Assembly (NCBI GenBank): GCA_008690995.1
Contig: VRMN01000003.1
Span: 62,001-126,000, forward strand
Reading direction: 5' to 3'
DNA: 64,000 bases
Source: Porphyridium purpureum
Lineage: Eukaryota
Both the position numbers and the translations under genes were made by a program. Under the pieces are notes generated by a model that saw nothing but the letters and a program-made list of their open reading frames with translations, made no database searches and was not told where the DNA came from. Of this stretch, positions 49,259 through 59,982 are shown piece by piece (within the stretch, counting starts at the first letter, position 1; each line of letters starts with the position of its first letter).

Positions 49259-50601
49259 GATGCCAGTGCCTGACGCCTTGTGTCCGTATGGCTCCGGATG
49301 CTAGACAAGTGGATGGTTTGAAAGCCTCATGGGATTGCTCAATTTCAGACGGACGGCCTCATCCTTTTACCATGCTGGACAAGACTTGGAAGAATGACAC
49401 GGTCGCCGCCGTGTCACGGTTGCATGCGAAACTGGGGCCGCAGCGCTCTGACTTGCACCACTTGGTACGGAACTCTCCACAACGAGATGGTTGGGAGGGC
49501 CTATGCGCATCCTAGTTGACCACAGTCTCGATCCAGCAAAACGGGCAACGCTTGATGATCATGTGTTCCGGCATACGCACAGCAAACCTCAAGTCCTTGA
49601 AGAAAAGTGAGAAACTCCTTGGTCGCTGGCTTGTGCGGCCCGTGTCCAGTGTCCAGTGTCCACGTCTCCATTGCCCACCATGAAAATAAAATCGCTCTCT
49701 GAATCAGATGCCTACGCTATGGTGCGCACATCACACACAGTTTCCCAATATAAGCGCGTCTTGCCACATTAGCGCCCAGCGCAGCATGACGCCCAGCTCG
49801 CGCGTCACGTCTCGCCGGGCAAGGCGCAAGCTGGCCGTCCGCTTTCGTTTACGTATCGTCCTTGGACCGTGCGACGCGCCACCGCCTATCAATGCGCATT
49901 TCCGGGCGCCCATCAACCGAAACTGGCGCCCCATGGACGAACCAAGCGCAGCAGAAACACGAGGCTCGACGGCCATATCGCCTGGCGCGATTTTCACGTC
50001 TCTCTGTCAGCCTCACGTCGCGCCATGGCGGCTGATTGAAGCCGTAATGGACCTTCGACAAACATGAGCGCAAAGTGCGCAGCGACTGAAAGCGCCTCGC
50101 TTTCCGTGAACGCATCACTGTCTTCGATCTTGGGCCCCTTGCGAGCCAACATGTCGCAGAAGAATTCGCGCGCATCGTCCTGCAGCTCTGCATTATGTGC
50201 AGCTTCGTCACGCACGCCCATCTTTGTATACGTATGCATGACGGGTCAACTACTCGACACACCTCTTCCCAAGCTGTATCGGAGACATGATCCGAGGCGT
50301 GGACGCCCAGCTTGACGCCCAACTCTTGCTGGAGCACATTGACGCTGGGCGCGGAAAGGAGACACGCATAGTCGGCTGAGTTATATCAGCATGAGCTGCT
50401 CGTTTCCGTTTGCGCCGTCATTATTGAATATTCGTGCATCCTGTTCCATGTGCTGTTCTATACCACGGGCGCCCATCGCACCCATGCCAAACTTGAACGT
50501 CAGTCGATCTTCCACTGCCCGACCTTGTCCAGTGCGGCAAGCGATAACTGTGAGTGTCGGAAGGATTGGACGGTTGATGAGGTCTTGTGCGACCTGGGAG
50601 C

Positions 50602-52041
50602 ATGGATGCGCCCGGAATGGAAGAGCACGCGTCAGGGCGCGTGCGGGTCGACCCGCCAAGCGTCCGCGACGCAGTGCGGCTGGCGATGACACAGAATAAG
50701 CTCTTGGTGGTGTATGCGGACATGCAGTCCGAGCTCTGTTCTGATTTTCGCGAGCAAGTGTGGGACCGCGTGAGCGACCGAGACGGATTTGTGTTCGTGC
50801 GAGTAGTTGATGGTGCGCAGGATGCGCTGTTTCTGAGGCAAACATTTCCGCCTGCTGGTGAGATGAGCGAGGCAGATGCCTCCCGAGTGCTCGTGATCGG
50901 ACCCTCCGGTCGGGTGTTGAGCGAATACAAACTATCTACCGAGAATGCGAGAGACGAATCTTTATTTCAGCGTGAGTTGAGCAACGCGCAAGCTTCCTAC
51001 ATGGCCATGCTTTTGGTGGCTGCCTCGGCGTCAGCAGCAGCTGTGGCGCCAGCGCCAACGTCAACGTCAACGTCAGGATCAGCATCCGGACAGGACAGGA
51101 GCCAAGCGCAGTCCGCAACATCAGAAGCAAGGTATATGGAAAGTGTGATTTCTGCGCCAGCACCGTCGCCAACTGATTTTTCAGGGATGCCGCTTGAACC
51201 TGCGGTCCTCCCGGCCGAATGTGGCAACGCCCCTCCTGCCGAACAGACCGTTTTAGAGTCACAGAGCGCGTCGCGTCGGGATCAAGCCCGGCAGCGCGTG
51301 GGTGCACTTCAAGCCGCCAAGCAGGCGGAGAGAGAACGATTGCAACGGCAAATTGAAGCCGACCGACGCGAGCGCTTGTCCCGATCTTCCGTCGGGCGAA
51401 AGGTGCCAGCAAGTATTGATGCTGAGCCTGCATCAAATTCCGGCAGAGAATCACGCGAGCAAGACACGCGTATTGCTCTTCGCCTTCCGAGCGGGCAAAC
51501 AATCACAGCAGTATTGCCCGACAGCAGCAGAGTGCAGTCGCTACAGAGCCTCGTCAAGCGGGAAAATGGCCTTTCTCGATTCCGGCTTGTAAAGATGGGT
51601 ATTGATCGCCAGGTGCTAGGCGATCCATTCAAAACCCTTCGAGAAGTAGGCCTTACACCAAGCGCTGTGGTGCTCGTTGTACAGGACCAAGCAGAGACCT
51701 CCGCTCTGCGAAATCTGGTGTCAAAATTGAGTGACTGGTTCTATACGTTTGTTAATTTCATGCGCACCCGTATGGGTGCAAATGTACCCAGTGCAGCACG
51801 CGACACTGGCCCAGGCTCCAGCTCTGCTCCACCCAAACGACCGGCGCAGTCCGCCAAGCCCGGTTCGAGCCGGCGTTTTATGACTGTTGCGGACCTGCAG
51901 GCGAGCGAAAGCAACGCACAAGCCAGACCAGCGAAGCCGCCTCGCGCCGATGGCAAGGACCCAGCACCATTTTACAACGGAAATTCCACTGTGGGGATGA
52001 ATCGCGGCGACGAGGATGATGAAACGAAAGAGAACAAGTAA
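50602..52041 (+). CDS. UBX-domain p97/Cdc48 adaptor (UBXN4-like)
   Basis: N-terminal thioredoxin-like part (AVRLAM..NKLLVVY), coiled coil ERERLQRQIEADRRER, UBX RIALRLPSG...TLREVGLTPSAVV, C-terminal YNGNST. Confidence 0.85.
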   Translation: MDAPGMEEHASGRVRVDPPSVRDAVRLAMTQNKLLVVYADMQSELCSDFREQVWDRVSDRDGFVFVRVVDGAQDALFLRQTFPPAGEMSEADASRVLVIGPSGRVLSEYKLSTENARDESLFQRELSNAQASYMAMLLVAASASAAAVAPAPTSTSTSGSASGQDRSQAQSATSEARYMESVISAPAPSPTDFSGMPLEPAVLPAECGNAPPAEQTVLESQSASRRDQARQRVGALQAAKQAERERLQRQIEADRRERLSRSSVGRKVPASIDAEPASNSGRESREQDTRIALRLPSGQTITAVLPDSSRVQSLQSLVKRENGLSRFRLVKMGIDRQVLGDPFKTLREVGLTPSAVVLVVQDQAETSALRNLVSKLSDWFYTFVNFMRTRMGANVPSAARDTGPGSSSAPPKRPAQSAKPGSSRRFMTVADLQASESNAQARPAKPPRADGKDPAPFYNGNSTVGMNRGDEDDETKENK

Positions 52042-52152
52042 CCCAACAAACAAGATAAATTTCTTTGTGACTGCGACACGTTCAAAATATAACCCAGCGT
52101 AGGCACGGTCGTCAATCAGAAAAGGTGCGTGTGTCTGTTCTTGAGGCTTGAA

Positions 52153-52530
52153 ATGGGCCAGCCGCTTTCGCTGATCATGAGCGGCGACTGCCGCTTGCGC
52201 TTCAACGTGCCGGAGAAGGGCGCCAAGAAGGTAAGTAGACCCAAAAACGTCGAAGCAGAGGCGTGTATCATGGCGAAGGACATCTTCGGGAAACCCAGGT
52301 TTTGCGCGACTGCGGTGAAACCGACAAGGCAAGCAGCGTGCGCAAGCGCGTGTGAGGATGCGTGCGATACAATCGCGGGAGAACTCAAACAGTTTGCCGA
52401 CATTGGTGCCAAACTGGCGTTCTCGAAACGCACATTTTCGAAAACTTGCTCGCGCGAGTGCTCGCAATCATGCAATCAGCCGGATCCGCGCGTCTCAAGC
52501 ACTTCTTTCCAGAGACGATTCCCGCGCTAA
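52153..52530 (+). CDS. Small Cys-rich hypothetical protein (5' structure uncertain)
   Basis: Regular Cys pattern ACASACEDAC...TCSRECSQSC; squeezed between two genes; true start not clear. Confidence 0.4.
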   Translation: MGQPLSLIMSGDCRLRFNVPEKGAKKVSRPKNVEAEACIMAKDIFGKPRFCATAVKPTRQAACASACEDACDTIAGELKQFADIGAKLAFSKRTFSKTCSRECSQSCNQPDPRVSSTSFQRRFPR

Positions 52531-52603
52531 TTGCTGCGTGGCTCCATGCAGTCAGTACGTCAAGTATTTACATTAAAATGGCTGATCAACTTGGCGGCGA
52601 TGT

Positions 52604-55600
52604 CTATGCGATCTCCATGTATGCCGCACCTCCAAGGGGTCTAATCACGGCCATTTCTGGAATGACATGGAATGGCCGAGCATCGCCAGCAGTTAGACTG
52701 GGCTCGTTCTCAAACCACCTGCAAATGCACTCTTGCACGGTAGCGCAGTCCGCAGACGACACGGCGGTTAGCAATCCAGCACTTGTCATTTCAGCATTGA
52801 ACGTGAGCGTTGAGCATGGGACACGGACATTGCAAAACTCGCTCTGAATGTGGGATCGGAGCTCGTTAATGACAGTCATAGTTCCGCGCGCGGCCTCGTT
52901 CGCGCCAAATTGCTCGAAAATCGCGTATTCCGTGTTCATGAGATCAAAGAACGCTGGAAGACGACCCTGTTCATCGGTGCACCACTTGTCCAGGGCACTA
53001 AAAAAACGGCACGAGTGAACCAAAAATTTGCCGAGCGGTAGTGGCGCGGCTTCGGTTGTCGCATGATCCACACCAGCCAATCCAAAATAAGTTATAAGCT
53101 CGGCAGCTGACATTCCTAAATTCCATTCATCTGCAATCTGTCGCGGACTCAACTGCGCGTGTGCAGGAATCACCGCCAACACCTTACTTAAAAGAGACTC
53201 ATACACTTTCGCACCAGAGCAGCCGTCGTCAGAAGTAGTAGCCTTCTTTCCTTTGTATAACAAGGTCTTCAGAACCTCACCAAGCATGACATTCTGATTC
53301 CGCCAGACGCCTAGATTCAAATGCTCCATCAGTATGCATGCAATAAGACAACCCATCGGTTTCAGGGTGCTAATCAGCATGCTCTGTACCAGATCCGCAA
53401 GTGAATTCTTTCCAGGCACGGGGGCGATACATCCTTCCAAGTTGGTCAACAAGAAACAGTATTTGGAGTCCCATCTCTTGCCGGAGAGCAATGACAGCGG
53501 CGAACCAACTGCTGAAGTCCCGTAGCGAGAAAACATTGCACCCTGGCCAAACGCTCCTTCGAGACAAAAGGTGGTGAGGCCGTGATGCGCAAGGTCGTTA
53601 CGTGGCATCAAAATGCGCGCTGCGTCGAGCCGCGGAAGGAACCAATCATTCATGACCGCGTACGCGAGTCCTATCAGAAGTTGAAACGAAAAGTCCATTC
53701 CAAGGATTTTAGCGATGGGACAGCTTCCTAGGTGGCTCACATTGCATTCACATACATTGCTTTCAACAACCATACGCCCCTGACGAACGTCTGCAACACG
53801 CATGCCGTGCAAAAGATTAAACTTTCGCCACGCGAGCCACGCGAGCTCACTGATCGCGCCGCTCGCCGGCGCGCCATTCTCGCGCACAAGCGTCGCGCTC
53901 CCTCGAAAAAGATCTAAATCCATCGCGATCTCTGCGGGTCCATGTTTCGTACGACCAGGCGAGCCATCGTGCACAGAATCACCGGTAGCCACGCGAACGT
54001 CTGTGGATGTCACAGCCTCCACGGCTCGCGACAATGCAGCGAGCACATGCTGGCCCGTGGCAAATCCGACGGAATCGAAGCCGAGTGTACTGTGCATGAG
54101 GCTGCCAAGCGCACAAACAGAGCCAGGAACGCGAAGGACGTATTTGGGTGGTGCATCAAATTCCAACTGAAAGCGCAATTGAACAACAGCGACGTGGTTC
54201 AACAAGTTCTCGCCCCAAACGGAAAAGTCAGGGTCGTTCGTGAAAATACGTTTGCTCTCTAGAGCGCCATCTCCGCCAAAGCACAACGCATGCGGACTTT
54301 GAACGGATGGCGTATACGACATGACGCGCGCCTTTCTTCTTATTTCCTTCCTGTTGGAAGCTGCGTCTGGATTCATCACAATTGTCTCAAACTGCCACAA
54401 GATGTGATCCCTGTCGTATTTTAACTTGCCTGATACCCCCTTGAGCCACTGGAACATATTCTTAGTAGCCTTTTCGTTCCAGTACATGTACGGGTATATT
54501 TTCCCTCTCTTAAAATGCTCCTTGTCATGATGAAAGTCGGCAAAGTCAATGGCAGGCAACACGTTGGGCCTCTTCTTGTTGTAAAGCTCAAAGAAAGGCT
54601 CGTCGAGTAGCAAGCCGAGCGCAGGAGCCTTCGGTACCGTAATATTTGTTTCCGTCCGCAGTGCCACGCGAATGGCCTCGATGGGCGCCTCGTCTCTTGC
54701 AACCAGAACGGCCAAGCCAACCATGTTGCGAATCTGATGCAAGATGAAGCTCTGACCAATCAAGCGAATTCGTAGAAGGCTGTCGGCAGATGGCCTGAAG
54801 CCGGAATCATGGAAGCAAATGGGTTCTGGATCACAGGCTACCGAAATGATGTAACGCACACCACTGCTATCCTCTACGGACATACGCTCGGTGAACTTGT
54901 GAAATGGATGGCTGCCTTCGTACAACGCAAGTATCTTGTTCAAATATTCTATTCGCGCCGGTAGATGCTCGGCAATCTGGCCCATGCTCATATCCGCAGC
55001 AGAAGGCAAGAGCACATGCACCGGAAGTAAGTACTCATATTTCCTCTTTGTGCACGACACGCGAGCACAGAACAAATGGGTCACCTCGCGGCATCCATAA
55101 ACGTGAATGTCGTCTGGCAGTACTCTGTTCAAATGATTCACCAAAAAGTCTGCATACGAATCGCTGAACTTGAATGGTGTCCGGAAGGCGACGACTTGCG
55201 CTGCTGCCGACACGCCTCGATCGGTTCGTGCAGCGCGAGACCACTCCAGTGCGAAATCCATCATTCCCGATCCGCGTACTTCCGGTAGCTCACCTAGCTG
55301 TCTCAGCGCATCGACGAGCACCTTTTCCACAGTGATGAGCTCAGCAGCTTGAATTTGAAAGCCATGATATTTTTCACCCAAGTAGCCGAGCATCAGGGCG
55401 ACTTTAGCTCGGCCCTTCTTGCGTCTTTTGGCAACACTTGTGATGCTTATTGCTTGATCATCATCTCCCTTTGCGGGCGCCCGCGCATCTCCAACCTCTT
55501 CTTTTGTCACAGAATCGACGCGTGCCCGTTTTGCGCGAACACTGTCGTCGATTTCTTGCTCGTACGCGCGCGTTGACAGCGCGAGCAGATCCTCTCCTGA

Positions 55601-55657
55601 GCTCGGCGCGGACGCCGCGTGGTGGCGCTTACCCAACAGCGACTGAATAAGCCCCAT
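52604..55657 (-). CDS. PUS1: tRNA pseudouridine synthase (TruA/PUS1 family) fused to a degenerate galactokinase-like domain
   Basis: KVALMLGYLG..YHGFQ, ARTDRGVSA (catalytic Asp), R.YEYLLP, YEGSHPFHKFT, GQSFILHQIRNMVG, PKAPALGLLL; C-terminal half begins RVPGSV..LG and ends IRPLGGA. Confidence 0.88.
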   Translation of the reverse strand: MGLIQSLLGKRHHAASAPSSGEDLLALSTRAYEQEIDDSVRAKRARVDSVTKEEVGDARAPAKGDDDQAISITSVAKRRKKGRAKVALMLGYLGEKYHGFQIQAAELITVEKVLVDALRQLGELPEVRGSGMMDFALEWSRAARTDRGVSAAAQVVAFRTPFKFSDSYADFLVNHLNRVLPDDIHVYGCREVTHLFCARVSCTKRKYEYLLPVHVLLPSAADMSMGQIAEHLPARIEYLNKILALYEGSHPFHKFTERMSVEDSSGVRYIISVACDPEPICFHDSGFRPSADSLLRIRLIGQSFILHQIRNMVGLAVLVARDEAPIEAIRVALRTETNITVPKAPALGLLLDEPFFELYNKKRPNVLPAIDFADFHHDKEHFKRGKIYPYMYWNEKATKNMFQWLKGVSGKLKYDRDHILWQFETIVMNPDAASNRKEIRRKARVMSYTPSVQSPHALCFGGDGALESKRIFTNDPDFSVWGENLLNHVAVVQLRFQLEFDAPPKYVLRVPGSVCALGSLMHSTLGFDSVGFATGQHVLAALSRAVEAVTSTDVRVATGDSVHDGSPGRTKHGPAEIAMDLDLFRGSATLVRENGAPASGAISELAWLAWRKFNLLHGMRVADVRQGRMVVESNVCECNVSHLGSCPIAKILGMDFSFQLLIGLAYAVMNDWFLPRLDAARILMPRNDLAHHGLTTFCLEGAFGQGAMFSRYGTSAVGSPLSLLSGKRWDSKYCFLLTNLEGCIAPVPGKNSLADLVQSMLISTLKPMGCLIACILMEHLNLGVWRNQNVMLGEVLKTLLYKGKKATTSDDGCSGAKVYESLLSKVLAVIPAHAQLSPRQIADEWNLGMSAAELITYFGLAGVDHATTEAAPLPLGKFLVHSCRFFSALDKWCTDEQGRLPAFFDLMNTEYAIFEQFGANEAARGTMTVINELRSHIQSEFCNVRVPCSTLTFNAEMTSAGLLTAVSSADCATVQECICRWFENEPSLTAGDARPFHVIPEMAVIRPLGGAAYMEIA

Positions 55658-57216
55658 TCCGGTGCTCTCTCGATCTCCTTCGGATGTCGTCCTCGCCGTC
55701 AGCCTTGGCTTCGAGGCTTCGGCGACAAAAGGAAATTGTCCGCACAGCTTGAGATTCGTTAGGCGAGCACGTCGGCGGTTGGAGCTTGGACGGGTGCGGG
55801 ATGGTGAATGTAAAACTCGAGGCCAGATACTTCTATTGTCGAACTGCTTGCGCCGAGTCAAAGGGAAGGATGTGCGAATGGAGGTGGCGGACGATTGCAA
55901 CTGGAGTGCTTGATGCTGGCCGCGAGCAGTTCGGCTTAGCGCCGTGTTTGCGGCTGCATCGGCGGGGCTAAATGCGATAGGTCGTTTAGTGGAACGGCGA
56001 GGCTCCTGCGTGCTGTTGCGAGGTGAAACCACGCGCGAGTTCTTGTTTGTTATCCGAACTGCGCACGGAGAAGATTGCGAGACGACACAGCGCTTACATT
56101 GTGAATATCACTTCAATAACACGTGGCATGCGATCCTCTGCCGTGAACGAGGGGGCCACCGAAGGGACTTATTCAGGTAATCAGGAAGTAGCACCTTGAA
56201 TGCGTGTTTCGTGTTGACAACATGGCGTATCTTTGATGTTTTCGAATCGGGAAGCCGCATGCAGACGCGGTATAGCATCAGAATTTGCGTGCTGCTGTTG
56301 ACTTCGTCATTTGGTGGCAATCAGCAATATCTTTGCTGGTACCATGCAGCAGATGCGAATGAGAGCGGTGCAAAGGGAAGATGATTGAGTGCTCCGGTTT
56401 CAGGAGCCTGCGGTAAACTTGACGCGTGTTTCCGTGTGCTGAGTGGAGATCGCATACACATGCATGTATAAAGCGAGGACGGACTGTTGCTTTGTACAGG
56501 CACTAAACTCAGACACCCTTCTTTTTCTCAAATAGAAATGCCCTCTTGACGGTGCCGCTGCGAATAGAACGACCGAGGCTGGCCGTGCCATATACTCCCA
56601 CTTTCAGTGACGGACACACACCCTATCCGTTCATTGAAACAACGCGTGTGGATCCTATTTTGTTCGGTATTTGAGGGCACGTGGACATGGGCTTGAACTG
56701 GTCTGATACGAACAACTTTCAGAATTAATGGGACAAAATTCATCATCACTCCGTGAAGATGCGCATAAATCTCGAAGTGCTCCAATATGAAGATTGCAAC
56801 CATCGAACATAGAAACAACAAACTGCCGGGTGCGGGTGCATGTCAACCGTGTGTTGCCCTTTAACCTGCCTCTCTGTCGAAATCTTCAGACCATTGTGCA
56901 AACTCAAGAACACACTTTAATTTTGACGGGCTAGTGTTCTTCAGAGCAGTGCCATTTGGTAAACATCTCCGACAGACAAGCTTGGATGACAGATACGAAA
57001 GATGACTTTGCAGAGCAGACAAAAGTTCAGAAGAGTTTGGTGGGAATAAGCGCTGGGTATTTCATGGACATGCGCAGCGCATATCGTTTTCTGGAAAAAC
57101 CAAGGGCTGTGAACTTGCCGTCCTCTAGGGAAGGGACTTCTCTGACACACAAATAATGCTCAGTTTTTACTTGGATCGTCTCTCTCTCTCTCTCGCTCGC
57201 TCGCGCTCTCTTGTGA

Positions 57217-59982
57217 TCATTCCAAGTCATTTACAAGGGAGTCAAGCGAACGGGTGGCGTGTTCGAAGCGCAAACCACGCCAAAAGATTTGATCACAACC
57301 TCCGCATGTCCAAAATTGGTCATAGATCTCGTACGTACGCGCTGGAACGCGCCCGTACACCGAGGTCTTGGGAATTTCCTGAAAACAGCTCGCATTGCAC
57401 TTGACACAGCGTGACAGAAGCTGCGACTCGGCGACCTTCAGGTCAAATACCTCGAGCACTTCGCGAATTTGCTGCATGGTGGACTGAGAGCGGATGTACC
57501 ATGCAACCACAGTGGCGTTGCCCCGATGTACTTGCCCAATCAAGTCGCAGTCACGGCTCAGCAACACCCTGGATGAAAGAGTGGCCTGTTCAATAATCCA
57601 TGCCGAATTTTTCGACTCGCAGTAAATCGCGTCAATGCCCACGGCGCGCAACCGCCGCGCAAGACCAATGCAAGTTCCGTCCAGTACGAATGCAGGTTGA
57701 CTGCCACTGAAAACACGGGCCGCCTCATTGATCTTCAGCGTACAGTCGAGTCGACGTGCGTGTTTAGTCGGCATGGGATATGCATCAGGTTCCGTGGATT
57801 CATACCACAGCCCCACGGCAACCTCGTCTGACGGTAGTGGCCGCTCTTTCGGGGTGACTTGCTTGCAGACGCTTGCTGTAAACCACATCCCGAGGCCCTC
57901 CCAGGCACCCGGTGTACAAAGCAGAGCGTCATCGGGTGTGCTGCCAGAAAAAATGACTTCACGGCCAACCTCATGCTTGAGTGTCGCGTCCATGAAAACA
58001 CGGACATCGGGGCGTCGAAACCCACACACAGATATGCGACCTGGCACGGCTCCAAATTCAGTGATGCATTCGGATATTGATGCCATTCGTATTGACCATT
58101 CGTCTGATAAATCTAATGCTTGACGCAGTGCATCCATATCGCAAACGAATCCTGGTCGCGTCACGACCACAATGAACAGTGGACTTTCACCGTCAAGAGA
58201 AGTCATCTCGCAAGACTTGGAGAGCACAAAAGCCACACATTTGCACTCGCGCTGTCTTTGCGAATCAGTGAGAGATTCACGGGAAACCAGGTGTGCCTTA
58301 TCACGACAATGGAGCTGTAAATCACGCAGCATTCGTTCTCGCGACAGCTCGTACAATTCCCTGTACACAAGTACAAGAACGTACGCATCTAGAGCTGCGT
58401 ATGAGATTTGCGTGTCTCGCAACGGTCGTTCGCTCTCCCATCTCGAACACTGCTCGCGCTTGTCAAGCATGAAGCCCGGAAAAACCGTCGTGACAAGGCT
58501 CGAGAAAGACTTGCAATTTTTCAAGAATAATTGAGCTTCAAGATATTTGTTCGAATGTGACTCAAAAGCTCGTGGGAAGTTGTACTCACCCCATGCAGAC
58601 TTCAGATAACGAACATCTGTCTCTAAAAAGCCAAAGCCAATGATCCATGACACTGAAAAGAGAAGAGAGCAAATGAGTTGGTCCACGCGCTCGAGAAGAT
58701 CAGCGGCCTCGAGCTCCTTAAAATCAGCAATAAGAACATGCGATCTCCCGAGCGCCATCTGCAGAATGACAGGCCGTGGTTGGATCTTGGTCTCGCGGCT
58801 CCCTCTGACAGGCTCCCATTCGGCATCGACGCCTAGGCTCCATGCAGGCTGGGAGGATTTTTTCTGACAAATGTCGCCAACAATCTGCTCCGCGGCTGAA
58901 AGAGACTCTTCACAGCGAAGAAGCAGAACAACCACATCAGCTGGCACGCACATATACTCATCGACTCGCTCCGATGCAAGCATTGAGAGAGCACTGCCAG
59001 ATTGCATATTTACACTTCTTATTCGCCACTGCTTCGCAAAGTCCTGTGCTAGAATGTGCTGTCCATCTGCAATCAATTCTGCGAGCACCGCCTTGCGTGA
59101 AGCGGAAAAGGACTCTGCATACTCCGTAAGTCCCTCATAGCACAAGAGAGATGCACAAACAGAAAATATGCCTTGACTCCAACATTCCAACAAATGCTTC
59201 TGCAGGGCAACGACAGCATTCTGCTTCAGCGCACGTTGGTGCTCAGGAGCTACCGAAACATACTTCAGAAGCGAACCGATGAATATAAAATCTGGATCGT
59301 CAGCCAATCCTTCTCTGCGCACGCGCATCCTCCACAGGCAAAAGCGCACGATTGCATCAACTTTGTCATCGGAACTCTTTGGTTGCGAACGCCGCAGCGT
59401 CTTTTCAGACGCGTGAAGAAGTGTCTTACCCGTGGGTTGCTCCGTGCGACACCACGTCTTCACCATTTCAATGCTTGCAGCGTACTCGCGCTTCAGCTTC
59501 GAGCGACGACGACGCGATGCATCGAGCCCCGAGAAGCAGTACTTTACAGCCTGGTCAATGCGTGCGAGATCACTGTGTGAGTGATGATTCACAGAATGTT
59601 GCTGCATTTCGGCTAGCAGCTCGGCAAACAGGTCATATGCAACGTCTTCCACAAGCGCGATCACAGCCACGGTTACCTTGCCCCATTCGGCACGGAACAC
59701 TTGTTGCTCGAACTCCGATGCGTCACCTTCAAAGCTGCCGTCAGTTCCATGCCTGCTTCCAACCATGAGCGACGAGAGCGTTCTTGCAATTTGGAAGATT
59801 CCTGACTCATTCAGCGACGTGACATCACACGCCTGCTTGCAATCTTGGCAAAGTCTCAGCGCACACATCAGCGACGCCTGAAATTCAGGGAGCTGCGCGC
59901 CCAGCTCACGCACACGCTTCCGCACAGGAGCGCTGCATGGTGCGCACACCGAGCGATAGTGCACGACACAGCGCACTGTCAT
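57217..59982 (-). CDS. EXD3: EXD3/Mut-7-like 3'-5' exonuclease with a YbaK-like insert and a Mut7-C domain
   Basis: DEDDy motifs LGVDAEW, GFGF..D, KREQCSRW..RPL...QISYAALDA; Mut7-C FVLD....LARRLRAVGID, RVLLSRD, SRCVKCN, FWTCGGCDQIFWRG. Confidence 0.88.
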   Translation of the reverse strand: MTVRCVVHYRSVCAPCSAPVRKRVRELGAQLPEFQASLMCALRLCQDCKQACDVTSLNESGIFQIARTLSSLMVGSRHGTDGSFEGDASEFEQQVFRAEWGKVTVAVIALVEDVAYDLFAELLAEMQQHSVNHHSHSDLARIDQAVKYCFSGLDASRRRRSKLKREYAASIEMVKTWCRTEQPTGKTLLHASEKTLRRSQPKSSDDKVDAIVRFCLWRMRVRREGLADDPDFIFIGSLLKYVSVAPEHQRALKQNAVVALQKHLLECWSQGIFSVCASLLCYEGLTEYAESFSASRKAVLAELIADGQHILAQDFAKQWRIRSVNMQSGSALSMLASERVDEYMCVPADVVVLLLRCEESLSAAEQIVGDICQKKSSQPAWSLGVDAEWEPVRGSRETKIQPRPVILQMALGRSHVLIADFKELEAADLLERVDQLICSLLFSVSWIIGFGFLETDVRYLKSAWGEYNFPRAFESHSNKYLEAQLFLKNCKSFSSLVTTVFPGFMLDKREQCSRWESERPLRDTQISYAALDAYVLVLVYRELYELSRERMLRDLQLHCRDKAHLVSRESLTDSQRQRECKCVAFVLSKSCEMTSLDGESPLFIVVVTRPGFVCDMDALRQALDLSDEWSIRMASISECITEFGAVPGRISVCGFRRPDVRVFMDATLKHEVGREVIFSGSTPDDALLCTPGAWEGLGMWFTASVCKQVTPKERPLPSDEVAVGLWYESTEPDAYPMPTKHARRLDCTLKINEAARVFSGSQPAFVLDGTCIGLARRLRAVGIDAIYCESKNSAWIIEQATLSSRVLLSRDCDLIGQVHRGNATVVAWYIRSQSTMQQIREVLEVFDLKVAESQLLSRCVKCNASCFQEIPKTSVYGRVPARTYEIYDQFWTCGGCDQIFWRGLRFEHATRSLDSLVNDLE

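Noticed and set aside
17878..59982. Apparent cluster of translation and tRNA genes (RPS29, MetRS, AlaX, RPL27a, IGHMBP2, NYN, PUS1, EXD3)
   Set aside because: They are interspersed with unrelated genes and target different compartments; such genes are a large share of a reduced algal gene set, so chance is sufficient.
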